Made by a program: the position numbers and the translations under genes. A stretch of DNA of 64,000 nt. It comes from Candidatus Coprenecus merdigallinarum (lineage in GTDB: Bacteria; Bacteroidota; Bacteroidia; Bacteroidales; UBA932). Every line of letters begins with the position of its first letter. The stretch's first letter is position 1. This document shows, one piece after another, positions 8,762 to 18,397 of the stretch. The notes beneath the pieces were generated by a model that was given only the letters and a program-made list of their open reading frames with translations, made no database searches and was not told where the DNA came from. The DNA is taken from NCBI GenBank assembly GCA_018712545.1, contig DVGV01000036.1, forward strand, positions 26,404 through 90,403, in the 5' to 3' direction.

Positions 8762-10234
8762 CTACTCCTCTCCCCTGCGCGAGGCGTAAGTGTCGGTAAT
8801 CGTATCCAGTTCCGTATTGTACTGCTTCTTGCCGGAAACAGTGTCGTTGTAGGTGCAGGGTCCTGATATACATCCGTCGGGGCAGACCATCATCTCCAGG
8901 AACTTCGCCGGAGCCTTTTTTGTCTTGGCATAACTCTTCAGCAGGGCGATATTCTTCTTGTCCATACCCGCCACACGGAGAGAATTGACATCCTCGCCGA
9001 GGAAGGCCTTGACCGCACCTGCGACTCCACCGCTCTGTCCGAAGGCATGGGCCTCCTTGACCGAGAGAGTCTCCACCTCATAGGGCTCAACAGTATCAAA
9101 ATCTATCTCATAACCGGAAATCACGCTTCCCAGTTCCTCGAACGTCATGACATAGTCCACATTGGGATTGTCCTTGGCTTCCTTGCGCTTGGCGATGCAC
9201 GGACCTATGAAGACCTGCTTGGCTGCAGGATATTTCTCCTTGATAATCTGCGCAGTATAGTACATCGGAGAGCCTGTCGACGAAACGTACGGAGCAATGT
9301 CGGGGATATGTTTCTGCACCAGTTCCATCCAGGACGGACAACAGCTTGTAGTCATGAACGGCTGACCTTCCTCAAGCTTCTCCTTGAGCTCGTGGGCCTC
9401 GTTGGTGACTGTCATCATCGCACCTTCGGCTACCTCCACCACCGCTGAGAAACCGATAGCCTTGATAGCGCCGTAAAGCTTCTCCTTGGTAGTCTTGAAC
9501 TGGCCAAGGATGGAGGGCGCCACCATAGCCACCACCGGACGGCCGTCCCAGATATTGTTCAGCACATCGAACACCTGCGATATCTCGAAGATGGCTCCGA
9601 AAGGACAGGCGTTAAGGCATTTGCCGCAATATATGCACTTGCTCTCGTCGATATGCTCCACACCGTACCGGTCCTTGGAAATAGCCTTTACCGGGCAGGC
9701 CTCCTCGCATGGTACGGGAATGTACACGACGGCATGGTAGGGACAGCTCTGATAGCACTTGCCGCAGTTGATGCAGAGGTCGTGGTCTATGACGGCCTGC
9801 CCGTGACGCTTGATGTCGTGTGTGATCGCGCCTTTGGGGCAGTTCATCGAACAGCTGCGGGCAACGCATCCGCGACAGAGGTTGGTGATCTCGTAGTTGG
9901 TTTTCACGCACGAGGAGCACGCCTCGTCTATGACGCACATGATATTGTCCTTCTGAGGCCTCTCCCCGCATACCACCCTGCGGGCATACTCCGAGAGAGG
10001 TGTCAGCTCATCCTTCTCATCGTCCATGTCATAACCGAGCAGAGGGAACATCTTGTATTTCCACACCGCCCTCTCCTTGTGGACGCAGCACCTGCCAAGG
10101 ATATCGGCCTTGCGGGGACTGAGCTGAATCGGAAGCCTGTCTATGTCGGCCACGAGCCTGTCCTCTTTCCATTTATTTACCATCATCGCCAGCAGCTTGT
10201 GCCGGACTATCATCACATTGTTAGTAAAAGCCAT
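8762..10234 (-). CDS. [FeFe]-hydrogenase-like protein (ferredoxin-type 4Fe-4S clusters plus H-cluster domain)
   Basis: H-cluster signatures TSCCPSW, IGPCIAKRKE and EMMVCPDGCISGP. Two CxxCxxCxxxCP ferredoxin motifs lie upstream (CINCGKCYQSCP, CIYCGKCLNACP). Confidence 0.85.
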   Translation of the reverse strand: MAFTNNVMIVRHKLLAMMVNKWKEDRLVADIDRLPIQLSPRKADILGRCCVHKERAVWKYKMFPLLGYDMDDEKDELTPLSEYARRVVCGERPQKDNIMCVIDEACSSCVKTNYEITNLCRGCVARSCSMNCPKGAITHDIKRHGQAVIDHDLCINCGKCYQSCPYHAVVYIPVPCEEACPVKAISKDRYGVEHIDESKCIYCGKCLNACPFGAIFEISQVFDVLNNIWDGRPVVAMVAPSILGQFKTTKEKLYGAIKAIGFSAVVEVAEGAMMTVTNEAHELKEKLEEGQPFMTTSCCPSWMELVQKHIPDIAPYVSSTGSPMYYTAQIIKEKYPAAKQVFIGPCIAKRKEAKDNPNVDYVMTFEELGSVISGYEIDFDTVEPYEVETLSVKEAHAFGQSGGVAGAVKAFLGEDVNSLRVAGMDKKNIALLKSYAKTKKAPAKFLEMMVCPDGCISGPCTYNDTVSGKKQYNTELDTITDTYASRRGEE

Positions 10235-10265
10235 AAATTACTTACAGTTTATTGAGGAAATGCTG

Positions 10266-10273
10266 CAAATGTA
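10266..10273 (-). promoter_or_regulatory. Bacteroidota -7 box (TACATTTG) upstream of the hydrogenase gene
   Basis: Exact TAnnTTTG on the minus strand, 32 nt upstream of the ATG at 10234. Confidence 0.5.
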
Positions 10274-10286
10274 ATACAATATTTCT

Positions 10287-11303
10287 CTACTGCCCAATTT
10301 TTCCTAAAGGATATCGGAACCCCTTCAACGCCAGCGTCACTATGGATACCCGGGGGCGCGGAACAGGGCAGTCCTGGGCCGATACCCTGACATCCTTCCG
10401 CATCCTGCGGTAGTCCCCGTGCGCACGCATCACTGACCTGAAGAAAGAGAACCTCCCCGTGAGCAGGTAAACACAGGCGATGGCTCCGTCCACGCACATT
10501 CTGGCGAAGATAATCCTGGAGCGGGAACGCAGCGGCAGATTCTTGTACATCATAAGGAGGTTGTTGCGGAAATTGAGATACAGCTTCCGCGGAGAGTTGT
10601 TGGGAAGGGTGCCGCCACCGACATGATACACCGCAGCCGCCGGGTCAACCCATATCTCCCATCCTGCCAGCATGGCTCTCCAGCACAGATCAATCTCCTC
10701 CATATGGGCAAAGAAACTCTCATCCAGTCCGCCAAGCTCCTTCCATACTCCGGCGCGTACCATGAACGCGGCTCCGGAGGCCCAGAAAACGCGGCACGGC
10801 ATGTCGTACTGCCCCCGGTCCTCCTCTATCGTGGCGAGTATCCTTCCGCGGCAATACGGGAAATACCAGCGGTCCACGAACCCCCCCGATGCGCCCGCAT
10901 GCTCGAACCATCCGCGGCGGTCATAGCACAGTATCTTCGGAGCGCAGACCGCGCAGCGCGGACGGGCATCCATGAAGGCCTCCAGCTCGGAGAGCCATCC
11001 GGGAGCGACCTCTATGTCCGAATTGAGCAGCAGATAATAGTCAAACTCCTCCGGAGCCTCGGCTGCCACCCTCTCCAATGCCCTGTTGTATCCTCCTGTA
11101 AATCCGTAGTTACGGTCCATCAGCACCAGCCTCACCTCCTGCGGCCAGCGCTGCCGCAGCATCTCCACCGAGCCGTCCTCCGACCCGTTGTCCGCCACAT
11201 AGAGCACATCGCCCGGAGGCATGTGCTCCAGTACGTTCGGGATAAATTTCTCCAGGAACGTCTTTCCGTTCCAATTGAGTATCACTACTGCCGTTCTTGA
11301 CAT
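10287..11303 (-). CDS. Family-2 glycosyltransferase
   Basis: N-terminus VVILNWNGKTFLEKF.., a DNGSEDGS motif and a later DxD-like region; typical GT2 fold signature. Confidence 0.8.
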   Translation of the reverse strand: MSRTAVVILNWNGKTFLEKFIPNVLEHMPPGDVLYVADNGSEDGSVEMLRQRWPQEVRLVLMDRNYGFTGGYNRALERVAAEAPEEFDYYLLLNSDIEVAPGWLSELEAFMDARPRCAVCAPKILCYDRRGWFEHAGASGGFVDRWYFPYCRGRILATIEEDRGQYDMPCRVFWASGAAFMVRAGVWKELGGLDESFFAHMEEIDLCWRAMLAGWEIWVDPAAAVYHVGGGTLPNNSPRKLYLNFRNNLLMMYKNLPLRSRSRIIFARMCVDGAIACVYLLTGRFSFFRSVMRAHGDYRRMRKDVRVSAQDCPVPRPRVSIVTLALKGFRYPLGKIGQ

Positions 11304-11314
11304 AATCGCCAGAT

Positions 11315-12640
11315 TTATAGAATATCTTTCAACAAAGGCAGATGAACGGCATTGGAGCCTTTTAGCAGCACCGTGCAGCCGTTCAGGGGAGCCTTCTCCA
11401 GTATTTCCCTGGCTTCGTCCACATCCCGGCAGAAAGTGAAACGCCCGTCAGCGGCTGTTCCGGGTTCTGCAGCGGCAGCCTTTGCGAACTCTTCTCCGAT
11501 AAACAGGACCCTACCGCAGTCCTTCATCTCAGCAGCGGTCTCCATCACCCTGCAGTGTTCCTGGACCGAGTCCTGTCCCAGTTCCAGCATATCCCCTAGA
11601 ATCAGCACCTTGTGAGGGAATTGCGAAAGAGCGAAATTGCCCAGTGAGGCCTTCATGCTGGAGGGATTGGCATTGTAGGTGTCCAGTACCAGAAGATTGC
11701 GGCCGGTCCGCTCCAGCTGGGAGCGGAGGTTGGACGGGACATATCCCCCGACAGCGGCGGACGCGGCCTCGGGAGACACTCCGAAATATTTTCCCACACA
11801 AAGGGACGCCATCACATTGGATGCATTGTACGAGCCGACAAGATGCGTGCGGACAGTCAGACCGCCGGCCAGTTCCATGCCCAGATACGGTTCTCCGGCC
11901 GTAATCGGCAGAATCCTCGCTCCCTCGGCCCGGACTCCGTAACGCACTGTCTTCAGATCGGGCCGCTGCGAGGCCATGGCACACAGGTCCGGATCATCGG
12001 CGTTGATGAATACCGTGTCCCCCGTGCGCTGCAGGTAGTCGTAAAGTTCCCCTTTTGCCCGCTTGACTCCCCCGAACGAGCCGAAGCCCTCAAGATGAGC
12101 CTTTCCCACATTGGTAATCAGACCGTAGTCCGGCAGGGCGATGGCTGCCAGGGCGGCTATCTCCCCAGGATGGTTGGCTCCCATCTCTACCACGGCTATC
12201 TCAGTATCATCGGTAATGCGCAGAAGAGTCAGAGGAACTCCGATGTGGTTGTTGAGGTTTCCGGCGGTAGCGGTAACGCGGAACCTGGTCGAAAGGACTG
12301 CACAGAGAAGTTCCTTTGTGGTGGTCTTGCCGTTGGTGCCGGTCAGGCCTATCACCGGTACGCGGAAGCGGGAGCGGTGTCTGCGGGCCAGAGCCTGCAG
12401 GGCTTCCAGAGTATCGTCGACCGCGATCATCCGTTCCCCGTCAGACAGACCGCTGTCCCTGGACACAACTGCCCATGCCGCTCCGGCATCCAGAGCTGCC
12501 CTGGCAAAACGGTTTCCGTCGAAATTGTCCCCGCGGAGGGCAAAGAACATCGCTCCGGGCTCTATCCTGCGGCTGTCTGTAGATACCCCCGAAGATGAGA
12601 GGAAGGCATCGTACAGAATGTTTTCCATTGTCCTGTCCAT
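11315..12640 (-). CDS. murF: UDP-N-acetylmuramoyl-tripeptide--D-alanyl-D-alanine ligase
   Basis: GLTGTNGKTTTKE P-loop, Mur ligase middle and C-terminal domains, about 440 aa. Confidence 0.9.
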   Translation of the reverse strand: MDRTMENILYDAFLSSSGVSTDSRRIEPGAMFFALRGDNFDGNRFARAALDAGAAWAVVSRDSGLSDGERMIAVDDTLEALQALARRHRSRFRVPVIGLTGTNGKTTTKELLCAVLSTRFRVTATAGNLNNHIGVPLTLLRITDDTEIAVVEMGANHPGEIAALAAIALPDYGLITNVGKAHLEGFGSFGGVKRAKGELYDYLQRTGDTVFINADDPDLCAMASQRPDLKTVRYGVRAEGARILPITAGEPYLGMELAGGLTVRTHLVGSYNASNVMASLCVGKYFGVSPEAASAAVGGYVPSNLRSQLERTGRNLLVLDTYNANPSSMKASLGNFALSQFPHKVLILGDMLELGQDSVQEHCRVMETAAEMKDCGRVLFIGEEFAKAAAAEPGTAADGRFTFCRDVDEAREILEKAPLNGCTVLLKGSNAVHLPLLKDIL

Positions 12641-12662
12641 CGTATCTGTATCCTAGTGTATT

Positions 12663-13097
12663 CTATTTCCGTCCTGTAGAGCCGAATCCGCCCTCACCGC
12701 GGCTGCTCTCCGCCAGTTCCTCTACCTCCTCCCACTCTACCCTCTCGTGACGGGCAACGACCATCTGGGCTATGCGCTCACCCGGGTTGACCGTAAAATC
12801 TTCCGACGACAGATTGACCAGAATGACTTTTATCTCCCCCCTGTAATCGGCGTCAACTGTACCGGGAGTGTTTACAAGAGATATTCCGTGCTTTATCGCA
12901 AGTCCGCTGCGCGGACGTATCTGGGCCTCGTAGCCCTCAGGCAGCTCAATGCGCAGGCCGGTAGGCACCAGCAGGCGCTGCAGCGGCTTGAGGACAACCG
13001 GTTCTGCAAGGTCTGCCCGCAGGTCCATGCCGGCGGACAGTGGAGTAGAATAAGAAGGGGCCCCGTATGGGGAGCTATTTACTATCTTTACTTTCAT
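12663..13097 (-). CDS. dut: dUTP diphosphatase
   Basis: [18 protein letters not shown] and [10 protein letters not shown] motifs. The ATG at 13097 is preferred over the upstream TTG. Confidence 0.95.
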   Translation of the reverse strand: MKVKIVNSSPYGAPSYSTPLSAGMDLRADLAEPVVLKPLQRLLVPTGLRIELPEGYEAQIRPRSGLAIKHGISLVNTPGTVDADYRGEIKVILVNLSSEDFTVNPGERIAQMVVARHERVEWEEVEELAESSRGEGGFGSTGRK

Positions 13098-14583
13098 GTG
13101 CAAGGGTATGACGTGTTTTGAAATATTTTTCTATGACATAAAGGCCGGCAAGATAGGCTCCCAGCAGACAGGTCTTTATGAACAGCGACCAGCCCATGGG
13201 CAGTCCTGCCGGCAGTACGCAGGCAACGGCATAGAGGAGCAGGCCCAGGACTATGACGGTTCCGATCTTGAGCCAGCGGTACGGTATGGGGTAATACCTG
13301 CGGCCGAGGAGCACGCTGAGAAGCAGCATCACCAGATAGCTGAAGAAATGGCCCCATGCCGCGGCCCTGTAGGAGAATACCGGAAGGAAGAGGATGTTGA
13401 TGACGGCCGTTACCGCCAGCCCGGCCAGGGTGATGTATATCGCGAATGAAGGACGGTCGGACAGCTTGTACCACATAGACACGTTGAAGAGCATGCCCAT
13501 CATCATGTAGGCCAGCAGCATCACGGGCACTATGCCCATACCGCCACGGAAGTCGCCCCCCACGATGAGCTGTATGATATCCAGGTAGAACACCACCCCG
13601 AGGAATATCAGCATACAGAACATCACGAAATACTCCATGACCGCCGCGTACACCTGCCTGAAGTCCTTCCGGCGGGTGCCGGAAAAGAAGAAAGGCTCCG
13701 CCGCGAAACGGAACATCTGTACGAAAAGGCTCATGATTACCGCCACCTTGACCGCCGCCTGATATATGCCCAGCTCTGAGCGCCAGAGACTGTCATCCAC
13801 ATTGAAGAAGCGGAACAGCACCCGGTCGAGGAAATCATTGATGACTCCGGGCAGACCGGCAACCATCAGAGGCAGGGAATACCGCATCAGTCCCTTGACT
13901 GTCCGCCGGTCAGTACCGAAGCCCAGCCGCAGCAGCTCGGGGACGAAGAGCAGGAAACAAAGTACGCAGCTCACCAGAATCGAGAATATCGGATAGGAGA
14001 AATCCGGAGACGGGGGAATCAGTCCTGACAGCAGGTTGCCCGGATGCTCCGCCGCATAGGAAGGATACCACAGGAAAAGCAGCAGATTGGTTCCTGCCTC
14101 CGCAGCTATCTTGATAATCTTGAAAGCCGCAAAACGCCATGCCCTGTTTTCCTGTCTCAGCCTGGCGAAGAGAATGGCAGTGACACAGTCCGAGAAAAGG
14201 ATGATACCCATATAGATATAGAGCTTCCAATAGCTGCCGTAACCCATACTGTCCGCCAGCCCCCGTCCGAAGAGAATCATCAGCAGCAGGAAAACGGCGG
14301 ATATCGTGGATACAGCGGCAAGAGCTCCGGAGAATACCCTGCGCGGCTCGTAACCCTCCTTGTTGGCAAAACGGAAACAGCCGGTCTCCAGTCCCATGGT
14401 CAGCAGCACCTGCAGCACGGCGATATAGGACATGAACTCCGTCAGCACTCCATAGTCCGCAGTAGTGAGTGTATAAGTATAGAGCGGCAGCAGCAGATAG
14501 TTGAGGAAGCGGGCTACAATGGTACTCGTCCCGTAGACAGCCGTCTGCCCGGCGAGCCTGCCCAGTATCTGTTTCATTCCCAT
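13075..14583 (-). CDS. Polysaccharide/oligosaccharide flippase (MOP/Wzx-like, polytopic membrane protein)
   Basis: About 500 aa with roughly 12-14 hydrophobic segments. Start chosen at [12 protein letters not shown].. (ATG 14583), because the longer ORF would overlap the upstream patatin gene. Confidence 0.7.
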   Translation of the reverse strand: MGMKQILGRLAGQTAVYGTSTIVARFLNYLLLPLYTYTLTTADYGVLTEFMSYIAVLQVLLTMGLETGCFRFANKEGYEPRRVFSGALAAVSTISAVFLLLMILFGRGLADSMGYGSYWKLYIYMGIILFSDCVTAILFARLRQENRAWRFAAFKIIKIAAEAGTNLLLFLWYPSYAAEHPGNLLSGLIPPSPDFSYPIFSILVSCVLCFLLFVPELLRLGFGTDRRTVKGLMRYSLPLMVAGLPGVINDFLDRVLFRFFNVDDSLWRSELGIYQAAVKVAVIMSLFVQMFRFAAEPFFFSGTRRKDFRQVYAAVMEYFVMFCMLIFLGVVFYLDIIQLIVGGDFRGGMGIVPVMLLAYMMMGMLFNVSMWYKLSDRPSFAIYITLAGLAVTAVINILFLPVFSYRAAAWGHFFSYLVMLLLSVLLGRRYYPIPYRWLKIGTVIVLGLLLYAVACVLPAGLPMGWSLFIKTCLLGAYLAGLYVIEKYFKTRHTLAHESKDSK

Positions 14584-14597
14584 AGGCCCGGCGATAT

Positions 14598-16958
14598 TTA
14601 ATTTTTGAGTCCGTGCTCCCTGAATATCAGGAAACCGATGTTGAACGAGGGATACCACTTGGCTCTCTCCGCCTTCTCATAATATGCGCAGGAAAGGGAC
14701 ACCGGCCCTATCGGGGACTGCCACACCAGGGCCGCGTTGCCTATAAAGCCGCCTTGGGGGAACGGATCGGTGTACCTGTATCCTCCGGCTGCCGTCTCCT
14801 CCAGCGCTCTGTACGGCTGGAAATATCCTCCGGACAGCTGCAGGAAGAATGTTTTGGTGAACTTTATGACAGGCGTAATCATCAGACCGGCGTATATCGG
14901 TGCCCTGTACGCTCCCATCATCAGGGTCTTGCTGTGCACTGTCGGCTGGAAGGCCGGCATAGCGAGCATAGTGGAGGTATAATCGTTCAGATTCAGTGGA
15001 GTGGACACAGTCAGGTCAAAGTTGTAGCCCAATGAGAACCATCTGCCCAGGTCATAGTAATCCTCCAGGTTGAGGCGGGCCAGAAAAGTATGCTTAAACG
15101 GCGCGGTCACTCCGGTGCTGTCCGCGAACATGGTACCGGGCGTATGGCTCTCATGACTGAAAATATAGCGGAACTCCAGCAGCCTGCGCCTTCCCGAGGT
15201 GGGATACATATTGTAGTCCAGGGTGGACTGGGCCATCTTAAGCCTGCCGGTCAGGTAGGATAGACTGGTCCTGTCCTCCACATCGTACTGGGTATAGTTG
15301 TCGGCTGGGAAATAAACGTACTGGTTGATGCCTCCGGTAATGCCGAACTCGGCCAATATGCTGCTGTTGTAGGATATAGGCGTACCCATATTGAGGGTAA
15401 TATAGGTCTCGTTCTCCCTGATATTGCTGGCCAGTGACTTCGAGAACAGCAGTCCCTGGCTGCTGCCGAAGTAGTCGAAATTATGCACATTGAGCATCAC
15501 CTCGTAGAGGAATAGCGGACGGACTCCGATATGCTGGCGGAAATACAGACCGGCACCGGTAAAGAACTGACCGATATCCAGGTTGACAGCCGCATTCCAC
15601 GGATGACGGGAAAAATGTGTGTGGGAAAGCCCGACAAAGCCCTGCATCAGGGAGGACGAGGAAATATTGCCGCCTACTGATATGGACAGGACATTCTTGG
15701 GTCTGGTCTGCAGTCTGAGAGTAAAGAGCGAATCGCTGTTGAGATATGCCGTCGGATAGAAGGACTGTACCGCATTGGTCGACAGAACCCGGTAATAGCC
15801 CCTCTTGGCCTGGTTGAAGGAGAATGTATCTTTCCTGTCGGTTATGGTCGCCGATATGTATCTCCTCTGAGCATCTGTCACATTTCCCCTGACCTCCACC
15901 GAGTCAAATCTGAGATCCAGGCACTTCTGCCTGAATGCTATGCGCATGGAATCCGTCTGTTCCCGGGTGCGGCGCCTGGACACTCTGGAAAGAATCTCGT
16001 CCATATACAGCATGGCCGTGTCATAGCCCTTCCGCACAAGCTCGTCAATCTTGTCGAACTCCAGCAGCGAATAGTCGTATGTGCCGGATATCAGGACACC
16101 GTCCTTCCGGGGAAGCTCATAGTCGGTATCCACAGTCATTATGGTCTCCAGCTGACGGTACAGATCATCCTGGTCCGCACCGATGGGCTCGCCCTTGACG
16201 CATTTGGCCCCGATTATGAAGTCAGGCTGATACCTGTCCCTCATTATCTCCCACGGGAAATTGTTATAGAAACCTCCGTCAAAGAGCAGCACCGAGTCGA
16301 TGACCACCGGCTTGAAATAGGCCGGAAATGTCATGGAAGCGCGGACTGCCGACCCGAGGTCCCCGCTGTCCGTGACATAGGGACGCTTGTGAAGCACGTC
16401 GGCCGAGACACAGAAGAAGGGCACCATCAGATTGTCAAAATCATAGCCTGCGGCGGCCGATGCGTTGGCGAATATCTGCACGAAAGCGATGTCCATAGGG
16501 TAAGGAGAGACCAGACTGGTCGGGAAGGAGAACTTCAGCTTGCGGCGGCCTTCCCCGAGAGCCTTCTCGTCCCACTTGAGGTTGAGATTGACCATCGACG
16601 GAGTCGGATAGCCGGAGTAGAGGTAGGAAAAGAACTCCCTCTCTCCGTCACCGGTATACCATGCCTGAAACTCCCTGGTCTTCATGAGAGCCACCATCTC
16701 ATCCGGAGACAGGCCGATGGCATAGAGACCGCCGACGATGGAGCCTATCGATGTCCCCGAGATATAGTCTATGGGGACACCGTTTTCCTCCAATGCCTTG
16801 ATCACGCCTATATGCGAAAGGCCCTTGGCTCCGCCCCCGCTGAGAACCAGACCCACACTCTGGGCACGCAGAGACACGGCCGACAATGTCAGGCACAATA
16901 AAATGAGAATTCTTGATATTATTCCAAACCGCATTATTATCTTTGTAAAATCACTCAA
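14598..16958 (-). CDS. Patatin-like phospholipase fused to a C-terminal Omp85/surface-antigen-like beta-barrel
   Basis: Signal peptide; GGGAKG oxyanion motif, GTSIGS nucleophile elbow, DGGFYNN Asp motif. The C-terminal about 400 aa are rich in alternating beta-strand pattern and end in an aromatic-rich tail. Confidence 0.85.
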   Translation of the reverse strand: MSDFTKIIMRFGIISRILILLCLTLSAVSLRAQSVGLVLSGGGAKGLSHIGVIKALEENGVPIDYISGTSIGSIVGGLYAIGLSPDEMVALMKTREFQAWYTGDGEREFFSYLYSGYPTPSMVNLNLKWDEKALGEGRRKLKFSFPTSLVSPYPMDIAFVQIFANASAAAGYDFDNLMVPFFCVSADVLHKRPYVTDSGDLGSAVRASMTFPAYFKPVVIDSVLLFDGGFYNNFPWEIMRDRYQPDFIIGAKCVKGEPIGADQDDLYRQLETIMTVDTDYELPRKDGVLISGTYDYSLLEFDKIDELVRKGYDTAMLYMDEILSRVSRRRTREQTDSMRIAFRQKCLDLRFDSVEVRGNVTDAQRRYISATITDRKDTFSFNQAKRGYYRVLSTNAVQSFYPTAYLNSDSLFTLRLQTRPKNVLSISVGGNISSSSLMQGFVGLSHTHFSRHPWNAAVNLDIGQFFTGAGLYFRQHIGVRPLFLYEVMLNVHNFDYFGSSQGLLFSKSLASNIRENETYITLNMGTPISYNSSILAEFGITGGINQYVYFPADNYTQYDVEDRTSLSYLTGRLKMAQSTLDYNMYPTSGRRRLLEFRYIFSHESHTPGTMFADSTGVTAPFKHTFLARLNLEDYYDLGRWFSLGYNFDLTVSTPLNLNDYTSTMLAMPAFQPTVHSKTLMMGAYRAPIYAGLMITPVIKFTKTFFLQLSGGYFQPYRALEETAAGGYRYTDPFPQGGFIGNAALVWQSPIGPVSLSCAYYEKAERAKWYPSFNIGFLIFREHGLKN

Positions 16959-16976
16959 AGATAAACAAACATAGTT

Positions 16977-17663
16977 ATGAAATCAAAAATTTTTGCCTTG
17001 ATACTCATCGTATCGCTGACAGCAGCCTCCTGCGGCAACCGCAATCAGAAAGCCTCCGGAGAGGAAACTGCCGCCACGGCAGAAGCCACAGAACAGACAC
17101 TAACAGACTCAACCGCAATGAACAGCAGCCAGACACCCGACCCGGCGAACCTGCCGGAGGAGCCCATCTACGAGATTCACACGACCGAGGGCACCATCAC
17201 CATCATGCTCTACGCAGACACCCCCCTGCACCGCGACAACTTCGCCAGGCTTGTATCACAGCACTTCTATGACAGCGTGCTCTTCCACCGCGTCATCTAC
17301 AATTTCATGATCCAGACCGGAGACCCCCTGACCAAGAATCCGGCCAACGAAGCCGCCTTCGGCACCGGAGGTCCGGGATACACGATTCCTGCCGAGTTTG
17401 TACCCGGGCACACCCATAAGAAAGGAGCGGTGGCGGCAGCCAGGATGGGAGACACCGCCAACCCCAGGAAAGAGTCCTCGGGATCGCAGTTCTACATCGT
17501 ACACAACGCCGAGATATGCAGCCATCTGGACGGGGAGTACACCGTCTTCGGCGAGACACTCGACGGGTTCGATGTCCTGGACCGCATCGCCGCAGTCAGG
17601 ACAGACGCCAACGACAGACCTCTAAAGGAAGTGCGCATCATATCCATAACCCCTGTAATCTGA
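16977..17663 (+). CDS. Cyclophilin-type peptidyl-prolyl isomerase lipoprotein
   Basis: Lipobox LTAASC; FHRVIYNFMIQTGDP and SQFYI motifs. Confidence 0.9.
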   Translation: MKSKIFALILIVSLTAASCGNRNQKASGEETAATAEATEQTLTDSTAMNSSQTPDPANLPEEPIYEIHTTEGTITIMLYADTPLHRDNFARLVSQHFYDSVLFHRVIYNFMIQTGDPLTKNPANEAAFGTGGPGYTIPAEFVPGHTHKKGAVAAARMGDTANPRKESSGSQFYIVHNAEICSHLDGEYTVFGETLDGFDVLDRIAAVRTDANDRPLKEVRIISITPVI

Positions 17664-17668
17664 ACGCC

Positions 17669-18241
17669 ATGGATGTAAGACAGGCACTCCGCGTCAGCCG
17701 CAGTTACCGCCGTTTCTATCAGGACACGGCGGTAACTGATGCCGACCTGGAGATTATAGCGGACGCCGCCAGGCTCTCGCCTTCCGGACGGAATATACAG
17801 GCGCTCAAGTTCCTCATAAGCAACAGGCCTGAGACAAACTCACTCATCTTCCCCACCCTGTCATGGGCAGGATACCTGCCGGAATGGCCGGGTCCCGAAG
17901 AGGGAGAGAGACCGGCAGCTTACATCGTCCAACTGCTCGACACCTCGATAGCATCCGGCACCTTGTGCGACGAGGGCATCACTGCGCAGAGCATGCTGCT
18001 GCAGGCAGTGGAGCTCGGCTACGGAGGCTGCATCATAGCCGCCGTCAAGCGCCAGGAGCTGCATGAGATACTGGAACTGCCGGAGCACCTGAAGATCATC
18101 AACGTCATCGCTCTCGGCAAGCCCAAGGAGACCGTCGTAATCGAGGAGATGACCGACGGCCAGTTCAAGTACTGGCGCACCCCGGACGGTATCCACCACG
18201 TTCCCAAACGCCCCCTTTCCGAACTCATCATCTTCCGCTGA
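17669..18241 (+). CDS. Nitroreductase-family protein
   Basis: MDVRQALRVSRSYRRF.. is a typical N-terminus. The ATG at 17669 was chosen because the longer ORF overlaps the PPIase gene and is Arg-rich nonsense. Confidence 0.8.
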   Translation: MDVRQALRVSRSYRRFYQDTAVTDADLEIIADAARLSPSGRNIQALKFLISNRPETNSLIFPTLSWAGYLPEWPGPEEGERPAAYIVQLLDTSIASGTLCDEGITAQSMLLQAVELGYGGCIIAAVKRQELHEILELPEHLKIINVIALGKPKETVVIEEMTDGQFKYWRTPDGIHHVPKRPLSELIIFR

Positions 18242-18286
18242 ACCGTGATGTCGATAAAATCCGCAGAAGTTCGCCCGCTATGACGC

Positions 18287-18324
18287 AAAAAAGTGCGCCT
18301 CTAATCTCACGACTGGAGGCGCAC
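18287..18324 (-). terminator. Intrinsic terminator oriented for the minus strand (end of candidate sRNA copy A)
   Basis: Stem GTGCGCCTC/GAGGCGCAC with a 14-nt loop. A T6 tract is present only on the minus-strand side. Confidence 0.65.
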
Positions 18325-18366
18325 CGCTTAACTTAACCTAAAACTTAACCTATGAAAAAACTATCG
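18287..18366 (-). ncRNA. Candidate sigma-54-dependent small RNA, copy A (ends approximate)
   Basis: The conserved block GCGATAGTTTTTTCATAGGTTAAGTTTTAGGTTAAG starts about 12 nt after the -12 element and runs into the terminator. It is a paralogue of 31300..31380. No ORF on this strand. Confidence 0.45.
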
Positions 18367-18395
18367 CCTTATTCACATACAAACTCCGTGCCAAA
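18333..18395. repeat. Dispersed repeat, copy A of 2 (homologous to 31347..31408)
   Basis: Hand alignment shows TTAACCTAAA(A)CTTAACCTATGAAAAAACTATCGC identical in both copies apart from one indel. A divergent 9 nt follows, then CAAACT-N-CGTGCCAAA. Confidence 0.8.
18378..18393 (-). promoter_or_regulatory. Sigma-54-type -24/-12 promoter, near-consensus (TGGCACGGAGTTTGTA)
   Basis: The minus strand reads TTGGCACG-GAGT-TTGTA. The -24 element is perfect; the -12 element is GT instead of GC. It lies 5 nt after the stop of the upstream gene. Confidence 0.45.
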
Positions 18396-18397
18396 CT

